A stretch of 64,000 bases of DNA, from the IMG/VR virus record IMGVR_UViG_3300030106_006795, positions 16,746 through 80,745 of that record. One strand, 5' to 3'. This DNA comes from a virus. The notes under the pieces were generated by a model, which saw only the letters and a list, made by a program, of their open reading frames with translations, was not told the origin of the DNA and made no database searches. Below are positions 28,668-39,100 of the stretch, in pieces. The translations under genes were made by a program, and so were the position numbers. How positions within the stretch are numbered: position 1 is the first letter of the stretch; each line of letters opens with the position of its first letter.

Positions 28668-29700
28668 AATGAAATGAGTTTTTCTTTACAAGCTTTGCTA
28701 AAGAAGAAGAAAAACTTTTGTTTACACCTCTCTGATTCATGCCTTTTGCAATCTTTATGATTTTAGACATGGATTCTTGATGTTGTATATTATAACAATC
28801 TGAAGCGTATTTTTCTATTTGATCTTTGGTCATTTCTCCAAAGTCATTTTCTTCTGGGGGTATGAAATATATTTTGTCAAAATCAATTGACTCAACCAAT
28901 TTAAAAATAGATTTAATTGCACCTTCAAAACCTCTGTTTACAGAAGAAGTGTGATCATTATTAAATGATATAAAAACTTTTTTTATTGGGAGTAGCGATA
29001 GTCTTGCTATAAACTTTGGCGAGATGTTCAAACCAAAAGAAACAAGAACATTTTTTACGCCATTGTTATATAGAGATAAGCAATCACCTACAGACTCTAC
29101 AATGTGAACAGCTTCTTTTTCTTCTATAGCTTGTTTAACTTCGCCTATATTGTAATATGGGAAGAACCAAGATGATGATTTGCCCATATGCAACCATTTA
29201 GGTCTATCGTCATTGGTCACTTTTCTACCAGAAAAACCATGTATTCTGCCATCTTTCCTAAATACAGGAAAAATAATTCTCTGATACATTTTGCCAGACA
29301 TCGCCAACCCACACTTAAAGTCCTCAAGAGTTTCTTTGCTAATACCTTTTTCTAGGTAAAAATCGTGATGAGGGACAAGGCGACTTAATACTTTCGTAGA
29401 AAATGTTTTTTCTTCTTTCAATAAGTGCTTTTGTTTGATTCTTGCACCTATGTTTACACCATTGTCTTTTAAATAGTGTTTTACCGCATTAGGATCTTTA
29501 GTGTTTAGAGTCTTTTGAAGCAGTGCCTCAAAAGGCATAAACTGAGAATCTTCTACATAGTCCTTCCAGACTCCAGTATCCTTATAAATCTGAAGGGCTG
29601 TCGAGTTATCGCCAGATCTGTATACTGCATTTGTTCTCCAGTAAGATCCATGATCCTTAAGGCGATACCCAAGGTTCTCTAATACTTCTTTATAATTCAT
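28654..29700 (-). CDS. dnaG: DnaG-type primase (TOPRIM)
   Basis: RIIFPV....G.IHGFSGR, PKWLH, IVESVGDCLSL, FNND, NDFGEM. Confidence 0.88.
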   Translation of the reverse strand: MNYKEVLENLGYRLKDHGSYWRTNAVYRSGDNSTALQIYKDTGVWKDYVEDSQFMPFEALLQKTLNTKDPNAVKHYLKDNGVNIGARIKQKHLLKEEKTFSTKVLSRLVPHHDFYLEKGISKETLEDFKCGLAMSGKMYQRIIFPVFRKDGRIHGFSGRKVTNDDRPKWLHMGKSSSWFFPYYNIGEVKQAIEEKEAVHIVESVGDCLSLYNNGVKNVLVSFGLNISPKFIARLSLLPIKKVFISFNNDHTSSVNRGFEGAIKSIFKLVESIDFDKIYFIPPEENDFGEMTKDQIEKYASDCYNIQHQESMSKIIKIAKGMNQRGVNKSFSSSLAKLVKKNSFHYDEF

Positions 29701-30128
29701 TCTAAAACTTCGTCTTGAAATGGTTCATTAAGATAGCGAATTGCTTTTTTTAAAACCTTTGGATCATCGTTAAATTTCCCAAGAGCATTATTGCAATCAT
29801 TACATATCCATCCTCTAAATTCTCCTGTTTCGTGATTGTGATCTAAAACAGGCTTGTCACACTCTCTACCACATATTGGGCAAATTATCCATTTAGGAGT
29901 TTTATGTGTCTTTTTAAGTTTAGCAGATTGTTGACCTATTATCTTGTAACAATTTTTGCAGCCATGTTTACGATATTGTTTTGGATTGCCGTGTTTATCT
30001 ATTGTTGTTAAATGGATTGGAAAAAAATCAATAGGGAGTTCTTGCTTACACATTTTTTGGCAAACTCTATATTCTTCTCCTTTTGGTTTATCATAAGTAT
30101 CCCAAAACTCTGTTTGTTCTCCTATCAA
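29697..30128 (-). CDS. Endonuclease VII-family (His-Me) nuclease
   Basis: CPICG...LDHNHETGEFRGWICNDCNNALG. Confidence 0.88.
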   Translation of the reverse strand: MIGEQTEFWDTYDKPKGEEYRVCQKMCKQELPIDFFPIHLTTIDKHGNPKQYRKHGCKNCYKIIGQQSAKLKKTHKTPKWIICPICGRECDKPVLDHNHETGEFRGWICNDCNNALGKFNDDPKVLKKAIRYLNEPFQDEVLE

Positions 30129-31663
30129 GCCCTTAAATTTATTGGTATTTCTTCTGCCTCGTTTGTATTTACCTCAACTCCCCCTCCATTGAAAGAATTT
30201 ACTATATCCTGCAAATCACCACACTCAGTAATTCTGAAATTTTCTATATTTAAATTAATAAAATTTTGTTTCTTGGCTCCATCTGGCATTTCAACTGGGT
30301 GTATCGCTCTCAGAGCATCTTTGCCAAGGTGTCTACACTTTAAATTAATTAGTTTGTGGGTTCCAAAGTTAGCTCCTTCTTCATGTATCTCATCTGCAAC
30401 TTTTCTTCTCAGTAGAAAAAGGTGTGAGCAGAACTGAGTGATTCCATCAGACAATGAAACAACACTTTCATCATCAACTATGCCACCTGCTCCTCTATTA
30501 TTGGTAATTCCTAGCCTGTTAGATTGAACAGAAGTAAGCATTGAAACGCATGGTTTGCCATCAAAAGACAAGTCTCTTTGGATAGTCTGTTTGAACTTGT
30601 GAACCATGTAGGAAACCTGTTGCCAACCATCAACCTTGCCAATGCTACCAAAGTCACTCTTAATATAGTCAAAGCTAAAAATCAAAGGGTTGCCTCTTCC
30701 TATCTTGGAGAAATAAAATCTTTTAAGTAGAGAACACATCTCATCTGGAGACAAACCTGCGACATTCTCGTAATAAAACTCCATGTCTTTAATTTTACTC
30801 CAAGCTGATCGGACTTTAGCTACGACTTGTTCTACTGTTAGGTTTTTGTATCCTGTTGTCCTCCATTTGCCTGTCTGTAGAAGCCATACAGGTATTCCTG
30901 TCATTGCAGAGCATTGCCTGAAGATAAGCTCCTCTTCGCTCATCTCACCGTTATCAAAATGAAGCACGGGGACATCATGTTCGGCAGAAACCCTAGTGCT
31001 ATAGTCCATGCAAAAGTTTGTTTTACCTACTCCTGATCTAGCGACAATAACAGATATGTTACCTGCGAGGAGTAAAGATCCATACATTTCATTAATTCTT
31101 TTGTGAGGACCAAGCATCCCAAAGTCTTCTACAGGATTATTCCCTCTATCTTCGACAAGCTCCTCCATCATATCAAACAAGTTGACTGGACCAGCTTCTG
31201 TCATCTCAAAATCTTTAATGTTTTTATTATAGATTTGATCAGACTGTTCTATAAGCTCTCCATATTTTAGATTTGGGTCTGCATTCTTAACAAATGATGC
31301 CACCTTCTTACAGCTAGTGTAAATCTCTCTACGAGCCGTATACTTCTTAAGCTCTTTGACAGAACTTAAAAATATATTTTCTGTGATCTTGTAAAAAGCT
31401 AACGAGAATACATATTCAGCAATATCTACACTGTCAGGAAAACTAACCTTAAGCTGCTGTATTCTTTGAACAAGAATTGTCTCGTCAATATTTTCTGCAT
31501 TATCTAATGCATTTTTTAATAATTTAAATATAGATACATTTACCTTGGAGTCCTCTGAATAAAAGTCACTTTCATTAACAAAACTAGATATCTCCTCCCA
31601 CTTGTGTTGGTGCTGAAGAATGCCGCTTAATACTTTTTTCTCTAGATCAAAGGAATAAATCAT
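30125..31663 (-). CDS. dnaB: Replicative DnaB-like helicase
   Basis: ARSGVGKT, DNGEMS, FDYIK, SVQSNR, KCRH; DnaB N-domain. Confidence 0.9.
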   Translation of the reverse strand: MIYSFDLEKKVLSGILQHQHKWEEISSFVNESDFYSEDSKVNVSIFKLLKNALDNAENIDETILVQRIQQLKVSFPDSVDIAEYVFSLAFYKITENIFLSSVKELKKYTARREIYTSCKKVASFVKNADPNLKYGELIEQSDQIYNKNIKDFEMTEAGPVNLFDMMEELVEDRGNNPVEDFGMLGPHKRINEMYGSLLLAGNISVIVARSGVGKTNFCMDYSTRVSAEHDVPVLHFDNGEMSEEELIFRQCSAMTGIPVWLLQTGKWRTTGYKNLTVEQVVAKVRSAWSKIKDMEFYYENVAGLSPDEMCSLLKRFYFSKIGRGNPLIFSFDYIKSDFGSIGKVDGWQQVSYMVHKFKQTIQRDLSFDGKPCVSMLTSVQSNRLGITNNRGAGGIVDDESVVSLSDGITQFCSHLFLLRRKVADEIHEEGANFGTHKLINLKCRHLGKDALRAIHPVEMPDGAKKQNFINLNIENFRITECGDLQDIVNSFNGGGVEVNTNEAEEIPINLRA

Positions 31664-31893
31664 ATAGTGATATCGTCATCTTTTTTACTCATTGCCATCT
31701 CTATTAGTTTACCAAGAGCCATGTCAACACAAGGATTTTCTGTTTTGCTTGTCATGCTAGGACAGCCTTCTTTGTTAACATAAAGTAAAATAAATCCCTT
31801 ATTGCCGCCATTTGCTGATCCTGTAGAGTCGTAAACTTTATCTAGCAAAGATTGAGGTATCCCTCCACTGCTTTCTTCTTCTTCTAATTTCAT
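31660..31893 (-). CDS. Hypothetical protein
   Basis: 77 aa with 4-nt overlaps on both sides. Confidence 0.7.
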   Translation of the reverse strand: MKLEEEESSGGIPQSLLDKVYDSTGSANGGNKGFILLYVNKEGCPSMTSKTENPCVDMALGKLIEMAMSKKDDDITI

Positions 31894-32306
31894 TTTAAAA
31901 GTTTTATTAAATTCTTTGGGTATTTTTTAGAGTCTAGCACATCAGACTCTAATACCCTAATAAGTTTTATTTTATTAATATCACAAAAGTATTCTTTCTT
32001 CTCGTCTCTCTGTAGTTGTTGGAGAAACTTCTGGCGAGAATTAGAATGAAAAAACTGATTATATCTATAGTGCTGATTGCCGTCCACTTCAATGGCAATC
32101 TTTTGAGTCGCGTTATAAAGATCTAGAGTCATTCTAGTTCCAGCGACAGGAAACTCTTCAAAAACAACATCTGCAAACCAATAAGGTTTAACTTGGTTTT
32201 TTACATCTTTTTGTATTCCACTTTTACAATCGGAGTCCCAGTCAATAAGATATTTACTGACATTTTTTATTTTTCTCTCTCGACCATTAGAACACAAAAA
32301 TATCAT
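31890..32306 (-). CDS. Vsr/DUF559-like endonuclease
   Basis: LDLY....IAIEVDGNQH...RDEKK..FC....IKLIRV. Confidence 0.8.
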   Translation of the reverse strand: MIFLCSNGRERKIKNVSKYLIDWDSDCKSGIQKDVKNQVKPYWFADVVFEEFPVAGTRMTLDLYNATQKIAIEVDGNQHYRYNQFFHSNSRQKFLQQLQRDEKKEYFCDINKIKLIRVLESDVLDSKKYPKNLIKLLK

Positions 32307-33427
32307 TGCTTGAGAATATTTTCTTTTACAAAGTCAACAAGAAGCGAAGTGATTTTTTCATCTGACTCTAAAAACTCATACACGGATTTAATTCCTTGAT
32401 AAGAATCTTTGGTTTCAATCTTGTTATCGGTTAGATAGGTTTTTATCTTCTCATCAAGTTTGATCCAAGCTCCTGATTTCTCTAGGTAGCCCCACATCAA
32501 AAGCATGTCAACAACTTCTCTCTCAAGCCAAATAGACCTACCGTTTTTGCGGCCATGTTTTATTGGATAAGTTACAAGTTGCCCTGTGGCTTCATTAGTC
32601 GATTTCAAAATCATGACCTTTGCGTTGTGACCGTAAATCTTGTTATCTGGAGTAATTTGCTCTGTTGGTTTCTCTAGAATCTTATCTCCTTTATTTTGTT
32701 TTTTGAATTGGAGAATCCAGTCTGGATAATGTAAAATTGCATTACCGCCGCTACTGTCTGTTTGATTATTGGGGTCTTGTTTAGCATACATGCTAGTAGT
32801 AATACTTGATCTTATTTGAGAGATCATAATGCACATGTGACCAAATTTACTCATACCTAAACTAATTCTTTTCAAGAAATCGGAAGTCATCAAAGCTCCT
32901 CCTGCTACCTTTCTAGCATCAGAAGACCCTTTTTCTAAATCTTCTTTTGTGATCAATCCATCCATGCTGTCGATTACAATGCAGAACTTTTCTTTATCTG
33001 GGTTATTTTTAAGTAACCCTCTGAGAAAGTCAATCATAGTGTCCATGATATGGCACTCAAGAACTAGACATGTCCCCACATCCCACTCTTCCGCTGACTG
33101 AACAAATTTAATACCCGCTCTATCTTTAATCTCTTGGCTGAGTCTCCCTTCAGCCATTACAAAAAGTCCTTTAGAGTTCTCTACATTTTTAAGCATGTTA
33201 TGCATAACATGAAGAGCTTCATTTGTTTTGCCTCCCTCGTTAGCTCCAATAAATCTGTGCAAACCAGAACCAAAACCACCACCCAGAACATGATCAAGAA
33301 TCATAGAGCCACTAGAAACTAGATAAGGCTCTGCTCCCTCCTCTAAATTGTAGTGATACTCTCTATTTGATTTGAGGAATGCCTCTGTGTAGTCCTTTGA
33401 TCCGCTTTTTTTCTTCATTTTAGTCAT
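32303..33427 (-). CDS. recA: RecA-like recombinase
   Basis: SSGSMILDHVLGGG, GANEGGKT, IVIDSMDGL, ISQIR, SGGNA, EKSGAW. Confidence 0.85.
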   Translation of the reverse strand: MTKMKKKSGSKDYTEAFLKSNREYHYNLEEGAEPYLVSSGSMILDHVLGGGFGSGLHRFIGANEGGKTNEALHVMHNMLKNVENSKGLFVMAEGRLSQEIKDRAGIKFVQSAEEWDVGTCLVLECHIMDTMIDFLRGLLKNNPDKEKFCIVIDSMDGLITKEDLEKGSSDARKVAGGALMTSDFLKRISLGMSKFGHMCIMISQIRSSITTSMYAKQDPNNQTDSSGGNAILHYPDWILQFKKQNKGDKILEKPTEQITPDNKIYGHNAKVMILKSTNEATGQLVTYPIKHGRKNGRSIWLEREVVDMLLMWGYLEKSGAWIKLDEKIKTYLTDNKIETKDSYQGIKSVYEFLESDEKITSLLVDFVKENILKQ

Positions 33428-33863
33428 TTAAAAAATCTCTTAATGTTTTTTTCTTTTTGCTCACTATATCTTCACCGAATTTTTGCTTTGTGTCAACAAA
33501 TTTATCTTTTTCTGGTGGCTTATAATTAAACTCTTTATATTTTTTTTCTAAATACTCTCTACCTTCTTTAGTTAAAAAGTATTTAATTGTATTTTTAAAT
33601 ACAAATGGAGGTTTAACCTTTGATAAAAAATCTACATCATTTTTAAATTGCTCAAAAACTTTGGTAGCAGTATGCATCTCCATTCTCCAGTCACTTGCTT
33701 TAGATCCAGCAAGCATTCTCTTTACAAATTCTCTACGCTCTGTAAAGAATGGTTTTGCTTGTTTCTTCTTTGTAGGAAGGAACTTATGACCACAATCGCA
33801 TACACTAACTCTAGCGCCGACTATAGCCTTACAAGATGGGCAGGTTTTTTTACCTCTTGGCAT
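33420..33863 (-). CDS. Hypothetical protein with an N-terminal zinc ribbon
   Basis: GKKTCPSC....ARVSVCDCGHKF. Confidence 0.7.
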   Translation of the reverse strand: MPRGKKTCPSCKAIVGARVSVCDCGHKFLPTKKKQAKPFFTERREFVKRMLAGSKASDWRMEMHTATKVFEQFKNDVDFLSKVKPPFVFKNTIKYFLTKEGREYLEKKYKEFNYKPPEKDKFVDTKQKFGEDIVSKKKKTLRDFLND

Positions 33864-33869
33864 AAAGCC

Positions 33870-33897
33870 AAGATATTCTCATGAATGTATATGTCAA
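33870..33897 (-). promoter_or_regulatory. sigma70-type promoter heading the replication operon, probably leaderless
   Basis: TTGACA-16 nt-TATCTT, ending 6 nt before the ATG at 33863. Confidence 0.6.
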
Positions 33898-34931
33898 GTC
33901 AACAGTTCTATGTCGTGCCTAACCATCTTATCCACAAGATTAATAAAATTAGTTTTTGGCTCCCAGCCTAGTTCTTTTCTAGCTTTTGTAGAATCTCCCA
34001 AAAGAAGATCTACTTCTGCTGGTCTGTAGAATTTCGAGTCAACCTCCATAAGCAAATCAGTAGAATGATAATATTTTGTATCGATTCCTTCTCCCTCCCA
34101 TCTACAGATTGATCTGTGAAAACCAGCAAAATTAAATGCCTCTTCTACAAATTCTCTGATTGTATGAGTTTCATCTGAAGATAACACATAATCTTTTGGT
34201 TTATTTTCTTGGTTCAACATTTTCCACACACCATCTACAAAATCTTCAGCGTCACTCCAATCTCTTTTTGTATCAACATTGCCTAGCTTTAATGTTTCAA
34301 AAGGACGCTCAGAAACATAATTCTGTGAAATTTCAGCGACTGCCTTCGTTATCTTTCTTGTCACAAATTCCTCTCCTCTTCTAGTCCCTTCGTGATTAAA
34401 TAGCCAACCTTGAACAGCATATAAATTATAAGAGTCCCTGTATACCTTGACTAAATGCCTTGCGGCGCATTTAGAAGCTCCGTATGGACTTCTAGGTCTT
34501 AATGGATGCTCTTCTGATTGTGGTTTACTTACTACGTCTCCAAACTCTTCAGAACTACCAGCATTATAATATCTGCATTCAGGACAATGTTTTCTAATCG
34601 CTTCTAGTTGATGCAGAACAGCCATACAGTTAGTTTGCATGTGATTCACTGGCATTTGCCAACTTGTGCCTACAAATGAATTAGCCGCAAAATTTATAAA
34701 AAAATCGGGTTTGTGTTCAGAGATTACTCTGTCAATGTTTTCAGCATCAGTGACATCTAAATCAATTAAAAAGAATCTTGGGTTATCTAAAACATGATCT
34801 ATATTTTCATGATTTTTAACACTTAACCTACGAACACCCCCTATGATAGTATGCTCTGTATTTTCAAGAAGGTAGTCCACCATGTGACTTCCGTCTTGCC
34901 CAGTCACTCCTGTTACAATTATCTTTTTCAT
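33894..34931 (-). CDS. gmd: GDP-mannose 4,6-dehydratase
   Basis: TGVTGQDGS, PRSPYGASK, FNHEG.RRGEEFVTRKI, RDW, RPAEVDLLLGD. Confidence 0.93.
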   Translation of the reverse strand: MKKIIVTGVTGQDGSHMVDYLLENTEHTIIGGVRRLSVKNHENIDHVLDNPRFFLIDLDVTDAENIDRVISEHKPDFFINFAANSFVGTSWQMPVNHMQTNCMAVLHQLEAIRKHCPECRYYNAGSSEEFGDVVSKPQSEEHPLRPRSPYGASKCAARHLVKVYRDSYNLYAVQGWLFNHEGTRRGEEFVTRKITKAVAEISQNYVSERPFETLKLGNVDTKRDWSDAEDFVDGVWKMLNQENKPKDYVLSSDETHTIREFVEEAFNFAGFHRSICRWEGEGIDTKYYHSTDLLMEVDSKFYRPAEVDLLLGDSTKARKELGWEPKTNFINLVDKMVRHDIELLT

Positions 34932-35776
34932 TTATTTTTAATCCAATCTTCTAAATTATTTTTTGCTTTCCAGCCCAAGTGTTTTTTAGCTAATTCATCG
35001 TTGCATTCTACGCTTTGAGCTTCTCCTTTTTTGTCTTCAAGGTAAGTTATACCAAATGATGGTTTATACAGCTTTGCAGCTTCATTTAGAGAAAATTTTC
35101 TACCCCTTCCTAACTCAAAAATTATTCCATAACTTTTTGTTTCCCATATTTTAATTAAGCCATCAACAATGTCATCAACATGAGTAAAATCTCTTTCTTT
35201 ACTGCCGTCACCATAAATGGTAAGAGGTTTTTTCTCTCTGTGCGCCTTATCCCATTTTGCTATTACGGTGGCGTATTCTCCGTCCTCTATGTGATTAGGT
35301 CCATAAACATTATAAAATCTCGCTATGCTTTGTTTTAATCCATAAGTCTTATCGAATAAAAGGCAAAGCTCTTCTGATGAATCTTTAGTAAATGTATAAG
35401 GGTTTTTAAACTTACCGCTGTGGTGAGAGGATGAGCCAGAAAAAATTACAGGGATTCCAAAAGCCGAACCAAGCTGGCAAATGTTAAATGTTCCAACTAC
35501 ATTTGAGTCAAAATATTTTTTAGGGTGACGAAATGACGGCTGTATGCGAGCGAGGGCGGCTAGATGAAAAATAATACTAGCTCCTTGAATAAGTTCTTGC
35601 ATAGCATCATAATCAGAAATGTCTTGTGAAAGATATTTAACTCCTTCCACATGATTTGTTACAAAGCCTGTAGAGTAGTTGTCAATAGAGGTGACATCAT
35701 AACCCAAAGAAACCAATTTTTTACATAGATTATAACCTATAAAACCAGCACCTCCTGTAACAATAACTTTTTTCAT
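34928..35776 (-). CDS. NAD-dependent NDP-sugar epimerase/dehydratase
   Basis: VTGGAGFIG, HLAA, PYTFTK, RFYNVYGP, GDGSKERDFTHVDD. Confidence 0.9.
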   Translation of the reverse strand: MKKVIVTGGAGFIGYNLCKKLVSLGYDVTSIDNYSTGFVTNHVEGVKYLSQDISDYDAMQELIQGASIIFHLAALARIQPSFRHPKKYFDSNVVGTFNICQLGSAFGIPVIFSGSSSHHSGKFKNPYTFTKDSSEELCLLFDKTYGLKQSIARFYNVYGPNHIEDGEYATVIAKWDKAHREKKPLTIYGDGSKERDFTHVDDIVDGLIKIWETKSYGIIFELGRGRKFSLNEAAKLYKPSFGITYLEDKKGEAQSVECNDELAKKHLGWKAKNNLEDWIKNK

Positions 35777-36555
35777 TTCCAGTCTAAAACTTCATCTATT
35801 TGCTCTTGTATATTAGGAACTTGCATGTCACTTTTCAAACATTTATTTACATAGCTTGATCCTTGGAACTTCATGTTAACAAATTTTTTCAGTTTCATTG
35901 CTTTATTTAATGTCTCTAGTAAGGTTCCTTTAGATATATAATCTTCTGTCCCAACTTGTAGAAACCTAGTTTTCATACCGCTTTCTAGAAGCTGTTTACA
36001 TATTTTAGACCATTGTAGAGTTGTTATTCCGTTCCATAAGTGGTTAACATAACCATCTACAGATTGTTCTTTGTTTTTGGCAAACCAATCCCAAAGAGAA
36101 TATTGAGTATTTAATTCTCTGCCTATAATTGAAGTTCTTATGATCGTTGTATTATCAGATTCTAAAAGGTAATCTGAAGCTAAAATTTTGCTTTTGCCGT
36201 AAGGGTCTGTGGCATCTTTTTTGCAATCTTTTGTGTATCTGTGTTCAGCATTATTTGACCCTATAAATTCGCAGTCCGTGGTTGGGTGAATAACCCTGCC
36301 TTTAAAATTGTTTGCTAAAAATACTGGAAGAAAAAAATTGTTTATTAAGTATTCTTGCTCTTTTGGTTTTTTTTGAGGGATACATCCAAGACAGTTAACA
36401 ACAGCATCTGCTTTAGATTTTAAAATTGTTTTTGTATAATTTAAATCAGGCCATCGGCAGTCGCTTATAGTATCAACTTCCATACCATTTTCTTTTAAAT
36501 ATCTAGAAAGAGTGCTTCCAAGCATTCCTTTATGACCTAAAACCAATACTTTCAT
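35773..36555 (-). CDS. RmlD-like NDP-4-keto-6-deoxysugar reductase
   Basis: LGHKGMLG, TTDCEF, YGKSK, IRTSIIG, WNGIT. Confidence 0.85.
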   Translation of the reverse strand: MKVLVLGHKGMLGSTLSRYLKENGMEVDTISDCRWPDLNYTKTILKSKADAVVNCLGCIPQKKPKEQEYLINNFFLPVFLANNFKGRVIHPTTDCEFIGSNNAEHRYTKDCKKDATDPYGKSKILASDYLLESDNTTIIRTSIIGRELNTQYSLWDWFAKNKEQSVDGYVNHLWNGITTLQWSKICKQLLESGMKTRFLQVGTEDYISKGTLLETLNKAMKLKKFVNMKFQGSSYVNKCLKSDMQVPNIQEQIDEVLDWK

Positions 36556-37499
36556 TTTTTATAAAAATTATATTTTTTTAGAAATGACCAACACTCTTCT
36601 GTTGAAAGTGTATAATCTCTGCTGGAAAATTCATTGTTCTCAAATTTTTCGTTATTACCCACTTTTTTGTAATGCATTAGATAATAGTCGTCTTCAGATG
36701 ATACTCTAGGGATTTCTTCCTCCGAAATCATTAGTTCATGAATTTTTTCTGAAATTCTTGGGTTACCTAGTTTATATTTTAACCCAAACTCTTCTTTATA
36801 TATCTCAAAAACATCTTTAATTAAAAAGCTCTTTGCCTTTGGTATGACGTTGTATCCAGTTTTTGTTAAAGCAAATTCAATAAGTGATACCGCTCTTTCT
36901 ATTGGAAGCATGAATCTGGTCATAGACTCTGAATATAAAGTTAATTCGTAGTCCTTGTCTATCGCATCCCAAATTAAAGGTATTAGACTCCCTGTTGAAT
37001 TCATTACGTTGCCATATATCGCTGCTGATAATTTAATCGGCAATTTTTCTGCGTTTACTATAAAGCTTTCTCCAGCTACAAACTTCATTGCTCCATATAA
37101 AGTAGTCGCTGCTCTAGATTTGTCAGTAGATACAAAACAAGCAGATTCTTTTATGTTTTCTTCTGCTATTCTTCTGCTGTTCAATCCACCATTTATAATG
37201 ATCTCATGAGCTTCGTTTACGTTTTCATCAACAGCCTCTATCTGTTTTAGACTAGCTGCGAAAATACCCACATCATGGTCCAAAGAAGCTTTTCGTAGTG
37301 ACTCGTAATTTCTAACGTCACCTATTACAAAATTAATTTTTGGGAATCTTTTCTTTAAGAAATAATGTTTGGCTTCATCTCTACTAAAAACTGTTAATTC
37401 ATTGTCATTATAGAATTTTTTAACGAGATTGGTGCCAAGATACCCAGCCCCGCCAGTTATAAATATTCTTTTGTTTTTCAATGTTTTAATCTCTTTCAA
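36552..37499 (-). CDS. UDP-GlcNAc 4,6-dehydratase-like (FlaA1/PseB/FnlA family)
   Basis: ITGGAGYLG, FSRDEAK, IGDVR, STDK, YGAMK, YGNVMNSTGS, MTRF, EKIHE. Confidence 0.85.
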   Translation of the reverse strand: MKEIKTLKNKRIFITGGAGYLGTNLVKKFYNDNELTVFSRDEAKHYFLKKRFPKINFVIGDVRNYESLRKASLDHDVGIFAASLKQIEAVDENVNEAHEIIINGGLNSRRIAEENIKESACFVSTDKSRAATTLYGAMKFVAGESFIVNAEKLPIKLSAAIYGNVMNSTGSLIPLIWDAIDKDYELTLYSESMTRFMLPIERAVSLIEFALTKTGYNVIPKAKSFLIKDVFEIYKEEFGLKYKLGNPRISEKIHELMISEEEIPRVSSEDDYYLMHYKKVGNNEKFENNEFSSRDYTLSTEECWSFLKKYNFYKK

Positions 37500-38337
37500 G
37501 CCTTAAATATTCTAGTGGACCAAGTTCCATGTCTTTGTCTGTAATAATGAATCCTATCTTCATTGCATCTCTGAATTGAGGTATGCTCATTCCAGTTTTT
37601 TCCAAGAACACTTCTTCATTTGAAGACCTTCTGTTTTTTGGTTTCTTTTTGTTTGTTGCTGAAGATGCATGATAGACATGGGATTTTTTAGATGTTACAA
37701 ACCTAAAATTACTGTTGTGTAATTTATATAATAAATAAGGGAACATATCGTCTCTTCCATAGCCGCTAAAAAAGTCCATATCCCAGTTGCCAGAATATCC
37801 ACCGACTTTAAATAAATCGCTGCATTTTACCATTATTGGATGGCAGTAAGCTTGTAGTTTGTATTGGGTATCATATGTGCCACTTTTTGCTTTTTCTTTA
37901 AAAAGATTGCGCGATTCTTCACTGTAAAAATCTTTTAAAGATGTGTCTACTGTTACTGATATATTGTTACTGTGGAAACTCTCTACCAATCTACAAGAAG
38001 CAGAGCAAGGATAATGTTTTTCTATAATTTCAATTAAATCATCAGCAAAATTGCCACAGAAAACCATATCATCATTTGAATTCATAAAATACTCTGCGTT
38101 TTGAGCAAAGGGCAAAAGATAATCAATCGCGAGTTCTCCTCTGTTTTCTGGCACTGCAACAAAGGGTATTTTTAAATCTAATAAATATTTTATAGATTCA
38201 ATATCTGCCTCATTTAATACGACTGCTATTCCATCTTTTGAGAGGTCCATGCATTCTAGTAGGGAATCTACTGTTATTTTTAGTAGTTCTGGGTTGTCCC
38301 AAGAACACATTCCTACAAGTAATCTTTTTTTATACAT
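37486..38337 (-). CDS. GT-A fold glycosyltransferase
   Basis: NSNDDMVF, VGGY...D, GRDD, HVYH. Confidence 0.7.
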   Translation of the reverse strand: MYKKRLLVGMCSWDNPELLKITVDSLLECMDLSKDGIAVVLNEADIESIKYLLDLKIPFVAVPENRGELAIDYLLPFAQNAEYFMNSNDDMVFCGNFADDLIEIIEKHYPCSASCRLVESFHSNNISVTVDTSLKDFYSEESRNLFKEKAKSGTYDTQYKLQAYCHPIMVKCSDLFKVGGYSGNWDMDFFSGYGRDDMFPYLLYKLHNSNFRFVTSKKSHVYHASSATNKKKPKNRRSSNEEVFLEKTGMSIPQFRDAMKIGFIITDKDMELGPLEYLRLERD

Positions 38338-39100
38338 CTTTTATAACTTTTGGTATTGGTATATTATGCTTCTCATGGAAGCTTTCGTCAAATTCTAGAC
38401 AATGTTTAGCATTGTTCCATTTATACCCACAATGACCAAAATGCCTGTGCTGATATTCTACCTTCCTCTTGCCAATTCTGTCGTTCAGCCATGTGTAGTG
38501 AGGTATATATGCTACTTCTTTTGGTATGATTTCTAGCTCCTCTATTCCCTCGTAAGAAATCATGCTGCCATTGTCTTCTCCTTCTTTATAGCAAATATCG
38601 TTATCCCAATAGAACCCCTCCAAAGAAAGGTTATTTTTAATCTTTGTTTTGAAAATTCTGGGGGGACAGAAAGGTTCTTCTAGATAATGGTCTAAATCAA
38701 AAACATGGTTCTTTAAAGATAATTTAAATAAATTTTTATTGCTGGACTCTACATATTCTTCAATTTTATTGATGTGTTCATCTGTATAAAATTCATCTGA
38801 GTCTACAAGCCATACATAATCTATATTATATTTTTTAAGATAAAATAAAGCAAAGTTTCTTGCTTCTGCTTCTGTCACATACTGAGGGCTATCTACAAGA
38901 TATTTTAGTTTTTTCTGTTCTACTAACTCTCTTAAAAGATCTGTAGTGTGGTCATGTAGTGTATCTATGCCTTTATATTCTTTGAATGGCACTGAAACCG
39001 CAGAAACAATGTGGTTGTCTCGATTTAAAAACGGTTCGATTGATTTTAAAACATAATCTTCTGTATTATATCCACAATAAATTATTCCATATTTTTTCAT
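38330..39100 (-). CDS. GT-A fold (GT2-like) glycosyltransferase
   Basis: YN.EDYV..SI, EARN, WLVDSDEFY (DxD), PRIF. Confidence 0.75.
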   Translation of the reverse strand: MKKYGIIYCGYNTEDYVLKSIEPFLNRDNHIVSAVSVPFKEYKGIDTLHDHTTDLLRELVEQKKLKYLVDSPQYVTEAEARNFALFYLKKYNIDYVWLVDSDEFYTDEHINKIEEYVESSNKNLFKLSLKNHVFDLDHYLEEPFCPPRIFKTKIKNNLSLEGFYWDNDICYKEGEDNGSMISYEGIEELEIIPKEVAYIPHYTWLNDRIGKRKVEYQHRHFGHCGYKWNNAKHCLEFDESFHEKHNIPIPKVIKDV

